Shown here piece by piece: positions 7,029 through 11,302 of a DNA stretch of 11,302 bases. Origin of the DNA: Armatimonadota bacterium. Lineage in GTDB: Bacteria > Armatimonadota > Armatimonadia > Armatimonadales > Armatimonadaceae. The notes beneath the pieces are model-generated. The model made no database searches. It saw nothing but the letters and a program-made list of their open reading frames with translations, and had not been told where the DNA came from. The position numbers were made by a program, and so were the translations under genes. How positions within the stretch are numbered: the stretch's first letter is position 1; every line of letters begins with the position of its first letter. Location of the stretch: NCBI GenBank assembly GCA_043754515.1, contig JAYUUO010000167.1:1-11302 (forward strand). Reading direction: 5' to 3'.

Positions 7029-9686
7029 ATGAATAAAAATATCGTCCTACTATCGCTACCGGTGATCGCCGCGTCCGCGCCGGCCTCGCTCGCCGCCACG
7101 CCCATTGCGTCCGCGTCGCTCCCATCCGTGTCCGCCGCGCCGCGCCCCATCCGGTTCGTGGTGATTGATCCGCGCACGCGTCTCCTGGTTGCCGGAGCGT
7201 GGGTGCGCGTGGAACCGGCGGGACGAAACGCGGCGGGCGGGGGGGGGAAGTCGCTCCCCGCCGTCGTTACGCTACGTACCAGTGCCGGGGATCATGGGGC
7301 GATCACGCCTGCGTTCGATGCCGAGGGTTGGGTTGCGCGGAGTGGCATGACGGGGGCCGACACAACCGCTGTCCCGAGGGGATTGCCGGTAACGAAGGGC
7401 GTTGCGCCGCGAACCGTGACTTTAATTCTGGGCACGAGCGTCGTTCTTCCCGCGAATGTGGCAACCGTAGCCGCGCCGCAAAACGGTGCGAATCGTCCCG
7501 CGACCCCCACCGGGAGTGGCAAGCCGCCCGTGCGCGACATCTATATCAAGGTCACCGCGACCCGCGTCCCGCTCCGCTCCGGCACCACCGCCGCCGGAAC
7601 GACGCGCACGAACCAGCAACTCAGCACGTTCGTGAACCGGGCGGGGAACGACACTGGGGCACTCACGCGCGGCCAGTCTGGCGTCGCGTCCGACTCGAAC
7701 GGACAACAGCACGTGCGCGGCGAACACGCCGACATCTCGTTCGTGATTGACGGCGTGCCGCTCCCCGACACGCTTTCCGGGCGGCAAGGCTCGGTCGTAG
7801 TGGCGTCCACGATCCAGAGTCTCGACATCCTGACCGGGGGATTCCCCGCCGAGTTCGGCGGTCAGACCGCCGCCGTACTGGATGTGCAGACCCTGCCCGG
7901 TGCGCGAAATCCGAGCGTGGATCTGAACCTGCAAGGCGGGAACTACAACGCCTACAACGCGGATCTGACCGCCTCGGGTCCGCTGGGTCTTCAGTCCAGC
8001 TACGTGATCAACGTCAGCGACAACCGCAGCGACAACGCCATCGAGCCGCAACAGCCGGACAAGCAGACCGCGCACAATTCCGGTCAGAACCAGAGCTACT
8101 TCGCCAAGTTCCGGACCGCGCCGCGACTCGGCGACGCGTTCACGCTCACGCTCAGTCACGCGCCGAGCCACCTCGACCTGTCGAACCGAACGGGACTCGG
8201 CGCGCGCTTCGCAAACGCTGGGCAGGGGTACGGTTTCCTCGGCCAGCGCAACGCCGATGGGACGCGCCCCGACGCACCCGGAGGCGACACGCCCGTGCCG
8301 CCAGGTGGCGATCCGCTCCCGCTCGCGTCGCAACAGGACGACGGGCAGGCGATCTACTCGGACGAGGTGAACGAGTTCATCACCGCGTCCTACCAGCACG
8401 CGTTCAGCACCCGCGACACCGGCGAACTCGCGGGCGTGGTGCTCCACTCCGGGCAGAACGTCCGCAATCACAGCCCCGCCATCAACCTCGACGCCCTGCC
8501 GCCGGACAACTCCATAGAGTACAACCCCGAGGCGAAGCGCGACGTCTACCATTACCAGGTGAGCGGCTACCTGAGTGTGCGGCGGGGGCGGCACCGTGTC
8601 AAGGGCGGCTTTCTGAACGACGAGCAGAGCGGCGACGAGTCGTATCGCATTATCCCCGCGAGCCAACTGGCCCTGAACGAACTCGCGGCACTCGCGCCCA
8701 ATATCGCGCCGCCCGGCACACCGGGGGACGCGAAGGACATAAACAACAACCCTGTATTCGCCATCACACCGGGCGCGGCGTCGCCGACACTGACCGTCCA
8801 CCGCTCTGGCTATTACCGCGCTGCTTACCTGCAAGACACCTGGCAATTGTCGAAGCGGTTCGCGGTGAACTACGGCGTGCGCTACGACGCGTTCTCGCAG
8901 AAGCAAAACCTCGGCCAGCCCTCCGTGGATAAGTCCGAGTTTTCGCCGCGTCTGAACCTGTCGTATGGCCTGCCCGGCGCGACCCTGTTCCGGGCGTCGG
9001 CGAACCACCTTTTTAACATCCCGCCGCTCGCGCAGGGCGCCGTGGTCGGCCAGCCGATCCAGCCGGAGAGCCTGAACCAGTATGACGCGAGCGTCGAGCA
9101 ACACGTCGCCCCCGGACAGACAGCTAAGGTCGCGTATTACTACAAGGAGATCAAGAATCAGGTGGACACCGGCTTATTGATCCCCGGAAGCCAGATCGGG
9201 CTATACTCTGCGGTCAACTTCCAGTTCGGCGGTGTTCACGGCGTGGAACTGTCGTATGAAGTGTCACCGCCGCGCGGGGTCGGGCTGGACGGCTATGTCA
9301 ACTACTCGTACTCGATAGCGAAGCCGAACGGCGTGGATAACACCGGCGCGAAGGTATCGCTCTTCAACGACCACGATCAGCGGCACACGCTCGGCGCGGG
9401 GCTTGCCTACCTGTTCCGTGGCGGGGCGTCGGCGGCTGTCACGCTGAACTACGGGAGCGGGCTGGCGAGTAGCCCGATTCCGCCGAGTTCGGAGCGCGTT
9501 CCACGCTCCGAGGTGGACCTGCACCTGACGTCGGGCAAGAAGCTGTTCGGCGGCCGGGGCGGGTTCGGCCTGGACGTCGCGAACCTGTTCGACTCGCGGG
9601 ATGTGATCAACTTCCAGTCGGCGTTCAGCGGCACGCGGTTCCAGCAAGGGCGTCGGATTCTCGGGTCGGCGTTCCTGACGTTCTAG
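7029..9686 (+). CDS. TonB-dependent outer-membrane receptor
   Basis: Start revised to ATG 7029, 2 nt after the tonB stop (885 aa). Signal-peptide-like N-terminus, TonB-box-like IKVTA (7545-7559), plug (HVRGEH...IDGVP...ILTGGFPAEFGG), barrel motifs AAYLQDTW, NYGVRYD, SPRLNLSY, PE, NLFD, and a C-terminal Phe. Confidence 0.95.
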   Translation: MNKNIVLLSLPVIAASAPASLAATPIASASLPSVSAAPRPIRFVVIDPRTRLLVAGAWVRVEPAGRNAAGGGGKSLPAVVTLRTSAGDHGAITPAFDAEGWVARSGMTGADTTAVPRGLPVTKGVAPRTVTLILGTSVVLPANVATVAAPQNGANRPATPTGSGKPPVRDIYIKVTATRVPLRSGTTAAGTTRTNQQLSTFVNRAGNDTGALTRGQSGVASDSNGQQHVRGEHADISFVIDGVPLPDTLSGRQGSVVVASTIQSLDILTGGFPAEFGGQTAAVLDVQTLPGARNPSVDLNLQGGNYNAYNADLTASGPLGLQSSYVINVSDNRSDNAIEPQQPDKQTAHNSGQNQSYFAKFRTAPRLGDAFTLTLSHAPSHLDLSNRTGLGARFANAGQGYGFLGQRNADGTRPDAPGGDTPVPPGGDPLPLASQQDDGQAIYSDEVNEFITASYQHAFSTRDTGELAGVVLHSGQNVRNHSPAINLDALPPDNSIEYNPEAKRDVYHYQVSGYLSVRRGRHRVKGGFLNDEQSGDESYRIIPASQLALNELAALAPNIAPPGTPGDAKDINNNPVFAITPGAASPTLTVHRSGYYRAAYLQDTWQLSKRFAVNYGVRYDAFSQKQNLGQPSVDKSEFSPRLNLSYGLPGATLFRASANHLFNIPPLAQGAVVGQPIQPESLNQYDASVEQHVAPGQTAKVAYYYKEIKNQVDTGLLIPGSQIGLYSAVNFQFGGVHGVELSYEVSPPRGVGLDGYVNYSYSIAKPNGVDNTGAKVSLFNDHDQRHTLGAGLAYLFRGGASAAVTLNYGSGLASSPIPPSSERVPRSEVDLHLTSGKKLFGGRGGFGLDVANLFDSRDVINFQSAFSGTRFQQGRRILGSAFLTF
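7239..7247 (+). repeat. G9 homopolymer tract within the 5' part of the receptor gene
   Basis: GGC GGG GGG GGG AAG, encoding GGGGK. Confidence 0.9.
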
Positions 9687-9690
9687 ACGA

Positions 9691-9702
9691 TACAATACAC
9701 CA
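9691..9702 (+). promoter_or_regulatory. Putative -10 element TACAAT, 6 nt upstream of GTG 9703 (leaderless-type promoter)
   Basis: Reads TACAAT-acacca-GTG; no Shine-Dalgarno in the 16-nt intergenic gap. Confidence 0.55.
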
Positions 9703-11022
9703 GTGACCAACCGCCTGCCCATCTTTCGTAGCTACATTTTCTATAGTCTGCGGGGTGGCTTCATCGTCCGCCCTCTGATTATCACGCTGGTACTCGGCGC
9801 GTTGGGGGCGACGCTCACCGTGCTCGAATCCCTCTACCCCTGGATGAGCCGGTGGGTGCCCCGCCTGCTGTTCCCCTACCCGCACGACCCGCAGGTAGGC
9901 CAGACCATCCTGAGCGGGATAGCGACTTCGATGATGACCGTGGTCTCCATCGTTTTCGCCATCCTGTTGATGACGCTCACGCTCGCTTCAATGCAATACT
10001 CGCCGCGCATCCTGGTCGCGTTCGCCCGCGACCGCGTGACGCAACAGACGCTCGGCATCTTCCTCGGCACGTTCTCGTACTGCCTCGCCGCCCTGCCCGC
10101 CGCGCGTAGCATCCCACATCCCACCGCGCCCGTGTTTACCATAGTCGGCGCGATGGTGCTCGCCCTGTGTTGCGTCGCCTGGCTCCTCTTCTTCATTCAG
10201 CACATCTCGGAGGCGATCAGCGTCAACCAGATCGTGCATAACATCGCAACCGAGACCGAACTGGTCATTGACGAGATCATGCCAAGCCCGTCCCGGCGCA
10301 GTCTCGTTCCCTCCATGGAACTGCCCGCCCCGGACTCGGACGAGGCTACCGTTCTGAGCCGGGTATCCGGCTACGTCCGCTTCATCGAAAGCCGAGAGAT
10401 GGTCGCGCTCGCGAAGGCGAACGGCGTGCGCGTGCGGGTTCTGCGCCGCACCGGACATTTCGTGCCGGAGGGCGTCGCGCTACTCGCCGCGCGCCGCGCG
10501 GAGAAACTCACGCCCGCGCTCGCCGCCGCCTTCCACTCGCTGTTCGACATCGGGCCGACGCGCACTCTGCAACAGGACATCGAGTTCGGGATACTGATGA
10601 TCGTGGACATCGCGCTCAAGGCGATTTCACCCGCCGTGAATGACCCTAGCACCGCGATCAGTTGCGTTGACCAGTTGAGCCGGATACTGATCCGCTTCGC
10701 CGCGCGCGAACCGCCGCCGACGGTGATCGAAGACCCGCCCGGCGTGCCGCGTGTTAGTATTCCCTGGCTCGACTTCGACCGTCTCGTCGAGTCGGCGTTC
10801 GAGCAGATACGGATGTACGCGAAGAATGATGTGGCCGTTAATCTGCGGATGTTGCGTGCGCTGTCCGACGTCGCCTCGACCCTCCCGAATGCCGGGTCGC
10901 GCGAGAGTCTTGTCGCCATGGGGCGCCGCATCGTCGCGGGCGGCGCGGAAGTACTCGGAGACGCCGAAATGGTCGAGATGCGTAGTCGTCTCGTTGCGCT
11001 AGAAGGCGTCGCGGCTTCTTGA
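9703..11022 (+). CDS. DUF2254-family predicted membrane protein
   Basis: About 4 N-terminal TM helices. Motifs LTLASMQYSPRIL, LGIFLGTFSY, SGYVRFI, RTLQQDIEFG..IVDIALKAISPAVNDPSTA..CVDQL. Confidence 0.88.
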   Translation: MTNRLPIFRSYIFYSLRGGFIVRPLIITLVLGALGATLTVLESLYPWMSRWVPRLLFPYPHDPQVGQTILSGIATSMMTVVSIVFAILLMTLTLASMQYSPRILVAFARDRVTQQTLGIFLGTFSYCLAALPAARSIPHPTAPVFTIVGAMVLALCCVAWLLFFIQHISEAISVNQIVHNIATETELVIDEIMPSPSRRSLVPSMELPAPDSDEATVLSRVSGYVRFIESREMVALAKANGVRVRVLRRTGHFVPEGVALLAARRAEKLTPALAAAFHSLFDIGPTRTLQQDIEFGILMIVDIALKAISPAVNDPSTAISCVDQLSRILIRFAAREPPPTVIEDPPGVPRVSIPWLDFDRLVESAFEQIRMYAKNDVAVNLRMLRALSDVASTLPNAGSRESLVAMGRRIVAGGAEVLGDAEMVEMRSRLVALEGVAAS

Positions 11023-11302
11023 CGCGGGGCGGTGTGTTCTCGGATGGCAGGGGATGCGTCATGACACCCCCAGCACACTCGTTCATCCTCTTCCCTCGTG
11101 GCATAGGTCCTGATAAGCACTTGTGTAGAAATGTGTTAGACTGTATGCACTATGCCACGCATCAAAACCGTGACCGCCACGGACATACAAAAAGCGGCAC
11201 TTATTAAACCCGAATCTTGAGTTGGTTTAGTGGCTCAACAGCCCCGCATGGCAAAAGTTGAGATGAAGCACTTTGAGTTTAACACTATTCCACAAACCGT
11301 GG

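Noticed and set aside
7422..9104. 560-aa ORF antisense to the receptor
   Set aside because: Shadow ORF expected from high-GC codon bias; Arg/Val/Gly-rich with no motifs, and fully overlapping a well-supported gene.
11032..11078. Terminator after the DUF2254 gene
   Set aside because: Only a 7-bp outer stem with a large irregular interior and no U-tract.
3650..11120. Other long overlapping ORFs (3650-4282, 4795-5295, 5564-6073, 6288-7007, 10371-11120)
   Set aside because: Antisense or off-frame to motif-supported genes, with no recognisable domains.
11218..11260. Selenocysteine read-through of TGA 11218
   Set aside because: The hairpin includes the TGA itself, does not look like a bacterial SECIS, and there is no redox-motif context.
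1..11302. CRISPR array, tRNA/rRNA, transposase or integrase
   Set aside because: No regularly spaced repeats, cloverleaf or rRNA signatures, or recombinase motifs were seen.

Overview
GC-rich bacterial window from a diderm organism, since it encodes a complete Ton system. The lineage is not established; Armatimonadota is my weak guess. The left arm (- strand) runs: SH3 + NlpC/P60 (C40) peptidase, Uma2-family nuclease with an extra lower-GC N-terminal domain, small PD-(D/E)XK-like protein, then a YgfZ/GcvT-type folate-binding protein that runs off the left edge and is missing from the ORF track. The right arm (+ strand) runs: secreted M48 metalloprotease, DUF2946/CruR-like leader protein (TM, HxH, CxxC, C-terminal RGPP), exbB, exbD, tonB, TonB-dependent receptor, DUF2254 membrane protein, then an AT-richer tail. 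Most interesting is a candidate metal-sensing ribosome-arrest leader placed ahead of a whole ExbB-ExbD-TonB-receptor operon, with a foldable three-way-junction element upstream and a C-rich spacer downstream. Three genes also share a TANNNT-N6-start codon pattern suggesting leaderless transcripts. All calls come from reading motifs by eye; no database searches were run.
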